NCBI GenBank assembly: GCA_051883515.1
Contig: JBJETW010000009.1
Coordinates: 421-64,420, forward strand
DNA: 64,000 bases
Direction of reading: 5' to 3'
DNA from: Candidatus Onthoplasma sp.
Lineage (GTDB): Bacteria; Bacillota; Clostridia; Christensenellales; UBA1242
Positions 28,701 through 37,450 of the stretch are shown in pieces. Position 1 is the first letter of the stretch, and the number at the start of each line of letters is the position of its first letter. The translations under genes and the position numbers were made by a program. Below the pieces are notes generated by a model. That model was not told the origin of the DNA. It made no database searches and worked only from the letters and a program-made list of their open reading frames with translations.

Positions 28701-29423
28701 GACTTTATCAAACAAGATGACAAAGTTTTAAAAGTTGTTGTTGAACAAGCAATAAACAAAATCAAAAATAATGAAAAAGTTGTTTTAAATATTGCCGAAG
28801 GAATTGTGGAATTGAATGAAGAACATGATGAAGAAATGACTGAAATTAAGAAAGATGATGTATCTAAAGATAATAAACAAGAAATTAATTCGAAATATTT
28901 GAAACAAACGGAAGAAAAAATTTCTTCAAATGAAATAGAGAAAGCTTCAAAACTTGAAGAGAGTAGTGTAAATGCTACACCTTATATTGAAACTGATAAT
29001 GTAAATTCAGAAAAAGAAAACAAAAAGCACAAATTAAGTTTAGAAGAAAGAATTAATAAATCAATTATAAATTCTAAAAAAGCTTTGGCAAATTTTAAAT
29101 CAAAGAAAAATAAAAACACAAAAGCATATTATTCATCACTTGTTCGTTTATACAAAGCATATGTTGCATATAATGAAGTATATGAGCCAAATGGTGAACT
29201 CAATGATGATTGGAAAGAAAAGAAAACTCTTCTTGAAGACATGAGAAATATTGTAATAGACACTCATAAACTTATGAAAAAAGCGGTTTCAGATTGGAGC
29301 AAACATAAATCACCAGACTATGTTGATGAAAAACTTGCAAAAAGTATCAGGAAAGCGGTAAATGACTGCGATGCACAAGCTTTTGATTTTGGCGCAATTG
29401 ATGGCGAAGAATTTCAAAAATAA
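25800..29423 (+). CDS. Large (1207 aa) orphan protein with a central pair of TM helices and a long K/E-rich helical C-terminal half
   Basis: GAGGTG SD before ATG 25800. The upstream promoter is TTGATT-N17-TGATATAAT-like. Hydrophobic block IVGGIAKLMLFGYVGLLTTPPGWLIAVAFPAAIGVIGVAGVAGMVATPIV. No catalytic motif recognised. Confidence 0.75.
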   Translation: MVKVISQEKLYNKNESIGIGFENFYIKDVHLNDANKTYIDKVFLKDLNYLVDNDIHKVTSLDDFENNKNNIYYKSDKFTTNIRVNLNFPVEIFYNENQKSDTISFEIQDGKAGYINGSMLATGKETHNYAINDFSEKNNYLTLILEGDNNLVSYIKKSDILVSDPTNPAFGSISLEKFIEKNGIRNIQDKIQNLNLTVNGRKVESIDVSSEIEEKGIATKEYIDFATQQKVLRAEIDQTIDGKEFKCGENITAEDVNKRFVTLNYSQDRVEVQDERPFRAGKTRQAKFNTATAYQSNLNGEKLKVRTILAGGYEQVSFIDKNKVNIEGFDRLNEEEKRKALLNCVGKEIEIKEGDFTLKTLPLTFEEATTFYDVVERMIPLDNKTDKVMEDNSYLKLENGKYVSEKNVEPNCFNLAKDNDKADAYLICVDNKIQIVDLDFKKKYAFGENKIKFGGKVFECVPLVRVASSNCQIIQTKNETTKEMHDCKLLINSKFVNGVFEKDETLVDNFSEQKQSAIDEFTENYKNGSYTPDGIFVDGEFKKFDNRHARYSRSSSFKVEDIAEKDLGYQSLDCHPLTLEVKDGKLKQIKGGPKVKYLKQTKEIVGGIAKLMLFGYVGLLTTPPGWLIAVAFPAAIGVIGVAGVAGMVATPIVNSVRWLTSKISRKLKDKNEIEHKEFKKSIDKKLKRLYAQGLEAEVSKEQILNEYENIIKDADMLADRSTNISFKVDENGNVKEVNSDNATLVLKYKQAVKSDYKKLSTLTNKKNRLEKLLSDTNSSTKKEKIQKELDSLNTEISVVQKGIKEISDSFQQNAVTYAQDEEYKDYVQRINETKDVLIFKHDMRETDNQVEFLKDVFSELASENSLGLEKLNSFLGTDFVNSEELLNNIPANYEILAGLNSPEKKVIAESILKSENSENSSNKKDEINSIHFAEVCGQIINYVNSVSYDVKSGKTQFDKEGKFGILSDFIKQDDKVLKVVVEQAINKIKNNEKVVLNIAEGIVELNEEHDEEMTEIKKDDVSKDNKQEINSKYLKQTEEKISSNEIEKASKLEESSVNATPYIETDNVNSEKENKKHKLSLEERINKSIINSKKALANFKSKKNKNTKAYYSSLVRLYKAYVAYNEVYEPNGELNDDWKEKKTLLEDMRNIVIDTHKLMKKAVSDWSKHKSPDYVDEKLAKSIRKAVNDCDAQAFDFGAIDGEEFQK

Positions 29424-29452
29424 TTGACAAAGAATTTATAAAATGATAAAAT
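29424..29452 (+). promoter_or_regulatory. Promoter of the glyQS T-box leader
   Basis: TTGACA (29424-29429), 17 nt, TGaTAAAAT (hexamer 29447-29452). It starts directly after the upstream stop codon. Confidence 0.6.
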
Positions 29453-29459
29453 CATAATA

Positions 29460-29617
29460 TCCTATAAGCAAAGTGGCGATTTGCTTGGAAGTGTTAAAAT
29501 GACACTCGCTTAAACTTGGCGAAATAAGTAATTAAGGTGGGATTTATCCAATTAGGGTGGAACCGCGGTTGATTGTCAATCGTCCCTTGTCCATGATTTT
29601 TTTGGGCAAGGGTTTTT
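29460..29617 (+). promoter_or_regulatory. T-box riboswitch leader (glycine specifier, probably GGC at 29518-29520)
   Basis: Conserved T-box sequence AATTAGGGTGGAACCGCGG (about 29560-29578). Terminator cccttgtcc/gggcaaggg plus T-run (29584-29617). It lies upstream of glyQS. Confidence 0.85.
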
Positions 29618-29747
29618 CTTTTGAGTTTTAAAATTTTTTGAGTATTATTAAAAAATTTCCAACAAAATAAAAAAATAAGCACAAAAAATCAAAAAAATTG
29701 CAAAAATTTATTAAAAATCATAAAAATATAAGCAAAAAGGAGAAAGT

Positions 29748-31142
29748 ATGGATAAAAATTTAACAATGGACAAATTAATTGCACTTTGCAAAAACAGAGG
29801 ATTTATTTTTGCGGGAAGTGAAATTTATGACGGATTGGCAAACACATGGGATTATGGTCCGCTTGGAGTTGAACTTAAAAATAATATAAAAAAATCTTGG
29901 TGGCAAAAATTCGTCACTGAAAACAAATATAATGTTGGTCTTGACAGTGCCATTTTAATGAATCCAAGAGTGTGGAAAGCTAGCGGGCATTTGGGTGGAT
30001 TTTCTGACCCTTTGATGGATTGCAAATCTTGCAAATCACGACACAGAGCAGACAAATTGATTGAAGATTATGTGAAGGACAACAATCTTGATATCAATAT
30101 TCAAGGTTGGGAAACCGACAATGACAAAATGGAAAAGTTTATTTTTGACAACAAAGTTCCATGTCCAATTTGTGGAAAACACGACTTTACACCAATCAGA
30201 AAATTTAACCTTATGTTCAAAACATTCCAAGGAGTCACAGAAGAAACAGCTTCAACAATTTATTTACGACCTGAAACAGCACAAGGAATTTTTGTCAATT
30301 TCAAAAATATTCTTCGAACAACAAGAAGCAAAATGCCAATGGGAGTTGGGCAAATTGGAAAATCATTTAGAAATGAAATCACCCCAGGAAATTTTATTTT
30401 CAGAATGCGTGAATTTGAGCAAATGGAACTTGAATTTTTCTGTGAACCTGGTTCGGATTTAGAGTGGTTTAACTATTGGAGAAATTTCTGCAAAAACTGG
30501 TTGCTTTCAATGGGAATAAAAGAAGAAAATTTGCGTTTGCGTGACCACTCAAAAGAAGAATTATGTTTCTATTCAAAAGCAACAACAGACTTTGAATATT
30601 TGTTTCCATTCGGTTGGGGCGAACTTTGGGGAGTTGCAGACAGAACAGATTATGATTTAAATCAACACGCAAAAGAATCAAAAGAGAGTTTGGAATATCT
30701 TGACCCAATCACAAATCAAAAATATGTCCCATATGTTATTGAACCTTCTCTTGGGGTTGACAGAATGTTTTTGGCTACCATGTGCGATGCATACAATGAA
30801 GAAGATTTGGGAGATGGTGACATAAGAGTCGTTTTGAAACTTGCTCCACATCTTGCTCCTTATAAGGTTGCAGTTTTGCCTTTATCAAAAAAGTTGAGCG
30901 ATAAAGCAGACGAAATTTATAGTAAATTATTAAAGAAATTCCCTTGCACATATGATGAGTCGGGCTCAATCGGAAAGAGATATAGAAGACAAGATGAAAT
31001 CGGAACACCATTCTGCGTGACAATTGATTTTGACACATTGGAAGACGAATCTGTGACAATCAGAGATAGAGACACTATGGAACAAATTCGTTTGCCAATC
31101 AGCGAATTGGAAAACTATATTGCTGAAAAAATTAAATTTTAA
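29748..31142 (+). CDS. glyQS: Glycine--tRNA ligase (homodimeric GlyQS type)
   Basis: N-terminus [40 protein letters not shown]. Class II motifs. 464 aa. AAAGGAGAA SD. Confidence 0.95.
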   Translation: MDKNLTMDKLIALCKNRGFIFAGSEIYDGLANTWDYGPLGVELKNNIKKSWWQKFVTENKYNVGLDSAILMNPRVWKASGHLGGFSDPLMDCKSCKSRHRADKLIEDYVKDNNLDINIQGWETDNDKMEKFIFDNKVPCPICGKHDFTPIRKFNLMFKTFQGVTEETASTIYLRPETAQGIFVNFKNILRTTRSKMPMGVGQIGKSFRNEITPGNFIFRMREFEQMELEFFCEPGSDLEWFNYWRNFCKNWLLSMGIKEENLRLRDHSKEELCFYSKATTDFEYLFPFGWGELWGVADRTDYDLNQHAKESKESLEYLDPITNQKYVPYVIEPSLGVDRMFLATMCDAYNEEDLGDGDIRVVLKLAPHLAPYKVAVLPLSKKLSDKADEIYSKLLKKFPCTYDESGSIGKRYRRQDEIGTPFCVTIDFDTLEDESVTIRDRDTMEQIRLPISELENYIAEKIKF

Positions 31143-31189
31143 TTTAAAAAAATGATAATGGTTTATTTTCAAGAAAATATACAAAAAAT

Positions 31190-31219
31190 AAAAAACACTA
31201 ATTAATTAGTGTTTTTTTT
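31190..31219. terminator. Bidirectional terminator between glyQS and the convergent 160-aa gene
   Basis: acactaa / ttagtgt stem with flanking A-run and T8. Confidence 0.75.
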
Positions 31220-31249
31220 GATAAAATCGATATGAATGTGAACAATTAT

Positions 31250-31732
31250 TTATAATGTTCTTGTTTTTGAGTTTTTGATTTCGTCCAATATTGAATTATA
31301 GTAGTTTTCTTTTTGTGTAAACTCATCATTTATTTTTTCTTGCTCATGTTCAAGTGAACGACATTTATTGTAATATACACGTCTTGCTGCAGATTTTTTG
31401 TTATTACAAATTTGTTGCGCAATTGAATCATAATCTGGATATAACTCTCTCAAAAACTCACGCCATTCTGTAGAATAATTTATTGTATTTTTGTTCATAA
31501 ACATTCTTTCATCTATAAGAAATTCTAAGTTTGACACAAAAACTGGCAAATAATCTTTGTATGATTGATTTTTAACAACCAAAATTGTTTTTTCATTAAA
31601 ATCATTTATTGTGGCAGGTTCTTCATTCTCCATGGAGATAGAATATTTACTTCCTGTCCAATAATATCCCTTAGTTTTCAAAAATTCACTTATGTTTTTT
31701 AATGTAAAGATATTGTTGATTTGTTTTTTCAT
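31250..31732 (-). CDS. Hypothetical protein (160 aa), own promoter and SD
   Basis: On the minus strand: TTGACA, 16 nt, TGATATAAT, then AAGGAAAAAC ATG. No recognisable motif. Confidence 0.6.
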   Translation of the reverse strand: MKKQINNIFTLKNISEFLKTKGYYWTGSKYSISMENEEPATINDFNEKTILVVKNQSYKDYLPVFVSNLEFLIDERMFMNKNTINYSTEWREFLRELYPDYDSIAQQICNNKKSAARRVYYNKCRSLEHEQEKINDEFTQKENYYNSILDEIKNSKTRTL

Positions 31733-31860
31733 GTTTTTCCTTCGCTTTTTTTAATTATATCACCAATTTTTTTCTTGTCAAGATGTGAAAATGTAATAAA
31801 CAAAAAACCACTCATTGTGAGTGTTTTTTATATTTTTTTATTGAAATTTTGCAATTTTTT

Positions 31861-32304
31861 TTATTTTACGTTTACGCATGCAATGATGTTGACAGAGACT
31901 TCCTTTATGAGTTGCAATGTGATAACATAATCTCCGACGCTTTTTATTGTTTCAAAATCTTTGATTTGATTTTTTTCAATTTTTATGCCATCAGCGTTTA
32001 AAGCATTCAAAATTTCCTGCTTTGTGATTGAACCAAAAGCTTTTCCGTTTGCGCCAACACTTAATGAAAAATAATATTTTTTGTTTTTGATTTGGTCTGC
32101 AATTGCTTGATAATTTTTCACAAGTTCAGAGTGGTGGAATGCTTTTGCTTCCATTTGACCTTTGTGATCGTTTAATGTGCTGGCATTTGCTTGTTTTGCG
32201 ATGCTTTGTTTGATTAAGACATTGCTTGCATAATTTGGATTTACGTCAATAATGTCTCCAGTTTTACCTTTTCCTTTTAAATCTTTCAATAAAATTACTT
32301 TCAT
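31861..32304 (-). CDS. rplI: 50S ribosomal protein L9
   Basis: MKVILLKDLKGKGKTGDIIDV... is the canonical L9 N-terminus. 147 aa. Confidence 0.9.
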   Translation of the reverse strand: MKVILLKDLKGKGKTGDIIDVNPNYASNVLIKQSIAKQANASTLNDHKGQMEAKAFHHSELVKNYQAIADQIKNKKYYFSLSVGANGKAFGSITKQEILNALNADGIKIEKNQIKDFETIKSVGDYVITLQLIKEVSVNIIACVNVK

Positions 32305-32305
32305 T

Positions 32306-32620
32306 TTATACCTCTAAATTATTATCATTTTCGTTTTCAATTGATGCGTTGCATTCTTCAATAAATTTTTGAGACCATTTATTAAAGTGCTCAATAATGT
32401 GTCTTGAAATTGGAGTGTTAAATTGGCTTAGTGAGCAATTTATTGCCTGATTTGATAAATCTTTGAATGCTTCAATGGCATATTTTAAATCTTCCTTTTC
32501 CAAGTCGTCGTTTCTTAAAGTATTGATTAAATCAACCACATCACTTCTAAGTTCGCTTGGAACAATCATGGCATTAAAACTATTTATTACTTCAAAATAT
32601 GTTTTAGCACTAATTCTCAT
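32306..32620 (-). CDS. Hypothetical helical protein (104 aa), probably cotranscribed with rplI
   Basis: AGGAGG SD. Its stop lies 1 nt from the rplI start. Confidence 0.6.
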   Translation of the reverse strand: MRISAKTYFEVINSFNAMIVPSELRSDVVDLINTLRNDDLEKEDLKYAIEAFKDLSNQAINCSLSQFNTPISRHIIEHFNKWSQKFIEECNASIENENDNNLEV

Positions 32621-32714
32621 ACTTACTACCTCCTAAATTATGTTAGCATAATTTCAAAATGATGTCAATTTTATAAAAAGGTATAAAATTTTAACTTATG
32701 CGAAAAATAGAATT

Positions 32715-33029
32715 ATGGATACAGTATGTAGAAAATATAGTTGCATGTATAACGAAAACGCGAAATGTTCAAGGTCGCATCTTCAAGTTTCAAAAAATGC
32801 AGATTGCTTTGATATAAAAATTGACAAACAAAAGCAAGTTGAAGATGTTTCACGAGACATGTTTTGCCACGAACCGGAAATTGCTCCATATCATCATTGC
32901 AGAAGAATGGATATTGCATGTGATAGCAAAGAATGCATTTTTTGGGAAAATGGACAATGTTTTTCAAATGGAATTTTTGTTGGAAGTGAAAAAAAAGATG
33001 CCCCTTGCAATAGTTTTGTGCCAAGATAA
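32715..33029 (+). CDS. Cysteine-rich small protein, DUF1540-like (two C..C......C.....I.V......C..F repeats)
   Basis: CRKYSCMYNENAKCSRSHLQV...DCFD and CDSKECIFWENGQCFSNGIFVGSEKKDAPCNSF. No obvious SD, so the start is uncertain. Confidence 0.5.
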   Translation: MDTVCRKYSCMYNENAKCSRSHLQVSKNADCFDIKIDKQKQVEDVSRDMFCHEPEIAPYHHCRRMDIACDSKECIFWENGQCFSNGIFVGSEKKDAPCNSFVPR

Positions 33030-33045
33030 TAATAAGTGATTTTCG

Positions 33046-33074
33046 TTGACAAAAATACAAGTGCATGATAAAAT
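33046..33074 (+). promoter_or_regulatory. Promoter of the leuS leader
   Basis: TTGACA (33046-33051), 17 nt, TGaTAAAAT (hexamer 33069-33074). Confidence 0.6.
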
Positions 33075-33080
33075 AAAGAC

Positions 33081-33116
33081 ATGAATATTAAAGTTTTAGC
33101 ATTGCTATTATTGTGA
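33081..33116 (+). CDS. Candidate leaderless leucine-rich leader peptide MNIKVLALLLL*
   Basis: ATG lies 6 nt after the -10. Codons are atg aat att aaa gtt tta gca ttg cta tta ttg tga. Four consecutive Leu codons precede the stop. Confidence 0.45.
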   Translation: MNIKVLALLLL

Positions 33117-33166
33117 TTGTGCCAGAAATGGCACCCTGTTTGGTTGTGCTGAAATTGTTATAAAAT

Positions 33167-33194
33167 TTGACAGCATGACCACTGTCAATTTTTT
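33167..33194 (+). terminator. Attenuator terminator upstream of leuS
   Basis: ttgacag-catgacca-ctgtcaa plus T6. It lies inside the leuS 5' leader, about 40 nt before the leuS SD. Confidence 0.6.
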
Positions 33195-33235
33195 ATTATT
33201 AATTTGAGTTGTCTCAAAACATATAGGAGAAGTAT

Positions 33236-35641
33236 ATGAAAGAATATAATTTTAGCGAAATTGAAAAAAAATGGCAAAAATATTGGATTGATAACAATAG
33301 TTTTAAAGCGGAAAATGGTGGTGACAAAAAACCCTATTACATACTTGTTGAATTTCCATATCCATCTGGTGCAGGATTGCATGTTGGACATGTCAGAAGT
33401 TATACAGCTCAAGATGCACTTGCAAGAATGAAAAGAATGCAAGGTTATAATGTTCTTTATCCAATGGGTTGGGACGCGTTTGGTGCACCTGCTGAACAAT
33501 ACGCAATAAAGAACCATATTCACCCAAAACAAGCGGTAAAAGAGAATATTAAAACTTTTAAGTCGCAAATGATGAATTTGGGATTCTCGTTCGATTGGTC
33601 AAGAGAATTTTCAACAACCGACCCTGAATATTACAAATGGACTCAATGGCAGTTTTTGCAATTTTATAAACATGGAATGGCATATAAAGCTTCTGTTCCA
33701 GTAAACTGGTGTCCAAATTGCAAGACAGTTCTTTCAAATGAAGATGCTGCGGGCGGTGTGTGCGAAAGATGTGGAAAAAAAGTTATCCAAAAAGAAAAAT
33801 CTCAATGGATGCTCAGAATGAGCGACTATTCAGAAGATTTGTTGAAAGGTTTGAACGATACCAATTTTGCAGAAAAAGTGAAACTTGCTCAAATCAACTG
33901 GATTGGAAAATCCACCGGCGTTGAACTTGATGTTAATATTGAAGGTGGCGGACAATTTTCTATTTTTACAACGTGCATTGAGACGATTTATGGAATAACA
34001 TTTTTCGTTATTGCGCCAGATGGCAAACTAATTAAAGAACTCATGCCAAGAGTAAAAAACAAAGAAGAAGTTCAAAATTATATTGATGAGACCGCAAAAA
34101 AATCCAATTTGGATAGAACAATAAACACAAAGACAAAAACTGGTTGCAGACTGGAAGGACTTATGGCCATCAACCCTGTTAATGGCAAAAAAGTTCCAAT
34201 TTTCCTTGGAGATTTTGTGTTGGGAGACTATGGGACAGGTGCAGTTATGGCAGTTCCAAGTCATGACCAAAGAGACTTTGAGTATGCAAAAGAACATAAT
34301 CTAGAAATGATTCAAGTTATTTCTGGGGCAAGTGTTAGTGAACATGCTTTTGAAAAACAAGATTATCTTGGAAAAGGTTGCGTGCTCATAAACAGCGAAG
34401 AATTTAATGGCTTAACGGTTGAACAAGCAAAAGAAGCAATAACTGATAAACTTGAAAAGATGGGAATTGCAAGACGTGTAAACAACTATAAAATGAGAGA
34501 TTGGATTTTTTCAAGACAAAGATTTTGGGGTGAACCAATTCCAATGATATATTGCGATAAATGCGGATGGGTCCCAATGGACGAAAAAGATTTGCCATTA
34601 CTTCTTCCTGATATCGCAGAATATGAACCAACAGACAATGGAGAAAGTCCACTCGCCAAAATCACTGATTGGGTAAACACGACGTGTCCAAAATGTGGTG
34701 GAAAGGCGAAACGAGAAACAGACACAATGCCAAACTGGGCAGGTTCAAGTTGGTATTTCTTGCGCTTTATGGATGCACACAACGACAAAGAGTTTGCTTC
34801 AATGGAAGCAATGAAATATTGGAATAAGGTGGACTGGTATAACGGCGGAATGGAGCATGCGGCAAGACATTTGTTGTATGCAAGATTTTGGGTGCAATTC
34901 CTTTATAACATTGGACTTGTGCCAAATAAAGAGATGATTTGGACAAGAGTAAGCCATGGAATGGTGCTCGGTTCAAATAATGAAAAAATGTCAAAATCAC
35001 GCGGAAATGTTGTAAATCCAGACGATATTGTAAGAGAGTATGGTGCTGACACTTTACGTGTTTATGAAATGTTTATGGGAGACTATCAACAAGACGTTCC
35101 TTGGAGCACTGAGTCTCTTAAAGGTTGTAAGAGATTTTTGGATAGAATTGTAAAACTTTCAAACAAACTCAACCAAAATGACGGATATAGCAAAGACCTT
35201 GAAATTTTGCAAAACAAGACAATTAAAAAAGTTGAGAACGATTTGTCAACAATGGCATATAACACCGCTGTTTCCTCACTTATGATTTTAACAAACGCAA
35301 TGGACGAAAAAGAAAGCATAACAAAACAAGATTATAAATTGTTGTTGACATTGTTAAATCCAATTGCTCCGCACATAACCGAAGAGTTAAATGCGGAATT
35401 AAAAGAAAAACCAATTTGCGAATCAATGTGGCCAAAGTACGATGAATCTAAAACTGTGGAAGCAGAAATTGAAATTCCGATTCAGGTGAATGGAAAATTG
35501 AGAGGTAAGATTGTTGTGAACAAAGATGCCACTCAAGATGAAATCAAAGAGAGTGCAGTTGAAGAAGTAAAAGATTTTATCACTTCCGAAATCAAAAAAA
35601 TAATTTATGTTCCAGGAAGAATATTTAATATCGTAGTTTAA
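33236..35641 (+). CDS. leuS: Leucine--tRNA ligase
   Basis: Class I HIGH-region variant (PYPSGAGLHVGHV) and KMSKS. 801 aa. TAGGAGAAG SD. Confidence 0.95.
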   Translation: MKEYNFSEIEKKWQKYWIDNNSFKAENGGDKKPYYILVEFPYPSGAGLHVGHVRSYTAQDALARMKRMQGYNVLYPMGWDAFGAPAEQYAIKNHIHPKQAVKENIKTFKSQMMNLGFSFDWSREFSTTDPEYYKWTQWQFLQFYKHGMAYKASVPVNWCPNCKTVLSNEDAAGGVCERCGKKVIQKEKSQWMLRMSDYSEDLLKGLNDTNFAEKVKLAQINWIGKSTGVELDVNIEGGGQFSIFTTCIETIYGITFFVIAPDGKLIKELMPRVKNKEEVQNYIDETAKKSNLDRTINTKTKTGCRLEGLMAINPVNGKKVPIFLGDFVLGDYGTGAVMAVPSHDQRDFEYAKEHNLEMIQVISGASVSEHAFEKQDYLGKGCVLINSEEFNGLTVEQAKEAITDKLEKMGIARRVNNYKMRDWIFSRQRFWGEPIPMIYCDKCGWVPMDEKDLPLLLPDIAEYEPTDNGESPLAKITDWVNTTCPKCGGKAKRETDTMPNWAGSSWYFLRFMDAHNDKEFASMEAMKYWNKVDWYNGGMEHAARHLLYARFWVQFLYNIGLVPNKEMIWTRVSHGMVLGSNNEKMSKSRGNVVNPDDIVREYGADTLRVYEMFMGDYQQDVPWSTESLKGCKRFLDRIVKLSNKLNQNDGYSKDLEILQNKTIKKVENDLSTMAYNTAVSSLMILTNAMDEKESITKQDYKLLLTLLNPIAPHITEELNAELKEKPICESMWPKYDESKTVEAEIEIPIQVNGKLRGKIVVNKDATQDEIKESAVEEVKDFITSEIKKIIYVPGRIFNIVV

Positions 35642-35644
35642 ACA

Positions 35645-35670
35645 AAAGACCTTTAATTAAGGTTTTTTTG
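35645..35670 (+). terminator. Rho-independent terminator after leuS
   Basis: agacctt-taatt-aaggttt hairpin plus T-run. Confidence 0.6.
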
Positions 35671-35764
35671 TTTTTTAAGTTTTTTAAGTAAAATATTTGA
35701 AAAATGCATCAAATTTTTTTTAAAAAATAAATTTTTTCATTTTAATGTAAAACAAAATTGCGTA

Positions 35765-35793
35765 TTGACAAATCTTAGATTCTAGATTAGAAT
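35765..35793 (+). promoter_or_regulatory. Promoter placed for a leaderless transcript of the 35801 CDS
   Basis: TTGACA (35765-35770), 17 nt, TAGAAT (35788-35793), 7 nt, ATG 35801. No SD. Confidence 0.6.
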
Positions 35794-35800
35794 TAAATTA

Positions 35801-37450
35801 ATGAATTTTTCTTATGAGAAAGCGTTGTTGGGGTATATGGGGAAAATCACACAAAACAAAGTGATAAATTTTTTGTGTCGAAAGCATGTCCACAACAAAA
35901 ATGATATTAAACAAAAAAATCAAATTTGTTATAGGGCGAGCAATATTCATGGGAAAATTGATGAGTTTGTGAAAGAAAATTTCACAATTTCAAAAAGCAA
36001 AAAAATTTACTTTAATGTTGATTTGTTGTCAAAAATTAATCTTCAAGAATTTGAAAACATTTTAAAATTTTTGACAAATACCGATATTGTTTTTGAAGTT
36101 GAATATGGGATTAAATTAAAAAACGCGGATATTGAAAAATTAAAACAATTTGAAACTTTGGCAAATCAGTATGGATTAAGTTTTTATTTTGACGAAGATG
36201 GCGTGAATTATAATCTTGACGATGTGATTAAAGTAAACGACCTTTTAAATTCAATGCAAGATGAAATTGAAAATTCAAAAATCTTTTGTTTACAGCAAAG
36301 AAAAGAAAGGAAATTATCAAACGCAGAAAAATATATTTACGCTTATAAATTCGTCACACAATTTCATTATCATGAAGAAGAGAATACTGAACCTTCACAT
36401 TTATCAAGAAATTTGACATCAATTGTTAAAAATGATTTTAAATATTTTGTGTGTCTTGGTCAGGCGAAAATGTTAAAAGCATTGTTGGATAGGTTAAACA
36501 TTCCTTGCATTTTGGCAAACGAAAAAGTTATTGATGAGACAACAAAAAATTTTCCAAATGAAATCAATCACACAAATTGCAGGGTATATATAAAAGATAA
36601 AATCCACGAAATTGATGGAATATACAAAAGTGACCCATCATGGGATTCAAAAGATAAAAAGTTAATAAATCATAAAACAGCAGAAACAAAAGACATTTCT
36701 TCTCTATTATACGCATTTATAACACTTTCTCAAGATAGACTAATTCCAGAATCAAATGCAATAGACACAAAAGAATATGGGAAAAACTTTTATCCAGACA
36801 TAAAAGAATTGATGATTAAAATAAACAAAAACTTTATCTATTCACACGAAAATATAACGACAAACGAATTGATTGAAAAATATAAGTATTATGCAAAGAA
36901 ATATGTTAACATTTTAAGAAATGTAAATAGAGAAAACAATGCGGTTGAACAAGCATATACATTTTGTGGGTTTTTAAATTTGTTGGTTAGACATGGTGAA
37001 GACAAGGCGACAGAAATGATTACATCAAATTTGCGACTCAGTCTTCCAGTGGATTATAAAGTTTTGGTAAAAGAAATAAAAACTTCTTTTAATGAAGTGG
37101 AAATGAAAAAAATCCTTTTACGTGAATTTAAATTGAAATGTGAAAATCAATATCATGAAATGATGGACCACTCAATCAAATTGCTAACAATGAAAAGGGT
37201 TTGTCGAAATGTTATCTCTGCCATGAAACAAAATAATAATGAAATGGCAAATGATTTTCACGATGAATTTAAAGCGTCAAAATATATGGCGGGAATGCAA
37301 TGGAATAATGAAATGACATTGTTCGCGTGTGACAATATGTTTGCACAAAGTTTTTTCAAGATGGAAGAGAATGAACAAAAACAATTTTTGAAAAAATTAA
37401 ATCATGAACATGTTGTAAATGTTTTGCAAAATAATCCAGTTTATTTCTAA
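35801..37450 (+). CDS. Orphan 549-aa protein with a possible transglutaminase-like cysteine protease core
   Basis: FVCLGQAKMLKALLDRLNIPC ... NHTNCRVYI ... SDPSWD resembles the Cys...His...Asp spacing of the transglutaminase-like superfamily. This is a weak, by-eye call. Confidence 0.55.
   Translation: MNFSYEKALLGYMGKITQNKVINFLCRKHVHNKNDIKQKNQICYRASNIHGKIDEFVKENFTISKSKKIYFNVDLLSKINLQEFENILKFLTNTDIVFEVEYGIKLKNADIEKLKQFETLANQYGLSFYFDEDGVNYNLDDVIKVNDLLNSMQDEIENSKIFCLQQRKERKLSNAEKYIYAYKFVTQFHYHEEENTEPSHLSRNLTSIVKNDFKYFVCLGQAKMLKALLDRLNIPCILANEKVIDETTKNFPNEINHTNCRVYIKDKIHEIDGIYKSDPSWDSKDKKLINHKTAETKDISSLLYAFITLSQDRLIPESNAIDTKEYGKNFYPDIKELMIKINKNFIYSHENITTNELIEKYKYYAKKYVNILRNVNRENNAVEQAYTFCGFLNLLVRHGEDKATEMITSNLRLSLPVDYKVLVKEIKTSFNEVEMKKILLREFKLKCENQYHEMMDHSIKLLTMKRVCRNVISAMKQNNNEMANDFHDEFKASKYMAGMQWNNEMTLFACDNMFAQSFFKMEENEQKQFLKKLNHEHVVNVLQNNPVYF

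Noticed and set aside
32713-33082. Overlapping ORFs 32713..33066(-), 32821..33039(+) and 32894..33082(-)
   Set aside because: Only the 32715..33029(+) frame gives a recognisable (DUF1540-like, Cys-patterned) product. The others are antisense or frame artefacts.
33075-33235. T-box riboswitch upstream of leuS
   Set aside because: There is no AGGGTGGNACCGCG-like T-box core and no Stem I K-turn or specifier layout, unlike the two genuine T-boxes at 29460 and 41160.
33185-33568. 127-aa minus-strand ORF overlapping the leuS start
   Set aside because: It is antisense to the highly conserved leuS N-terminus and the leader. It has no start signals.
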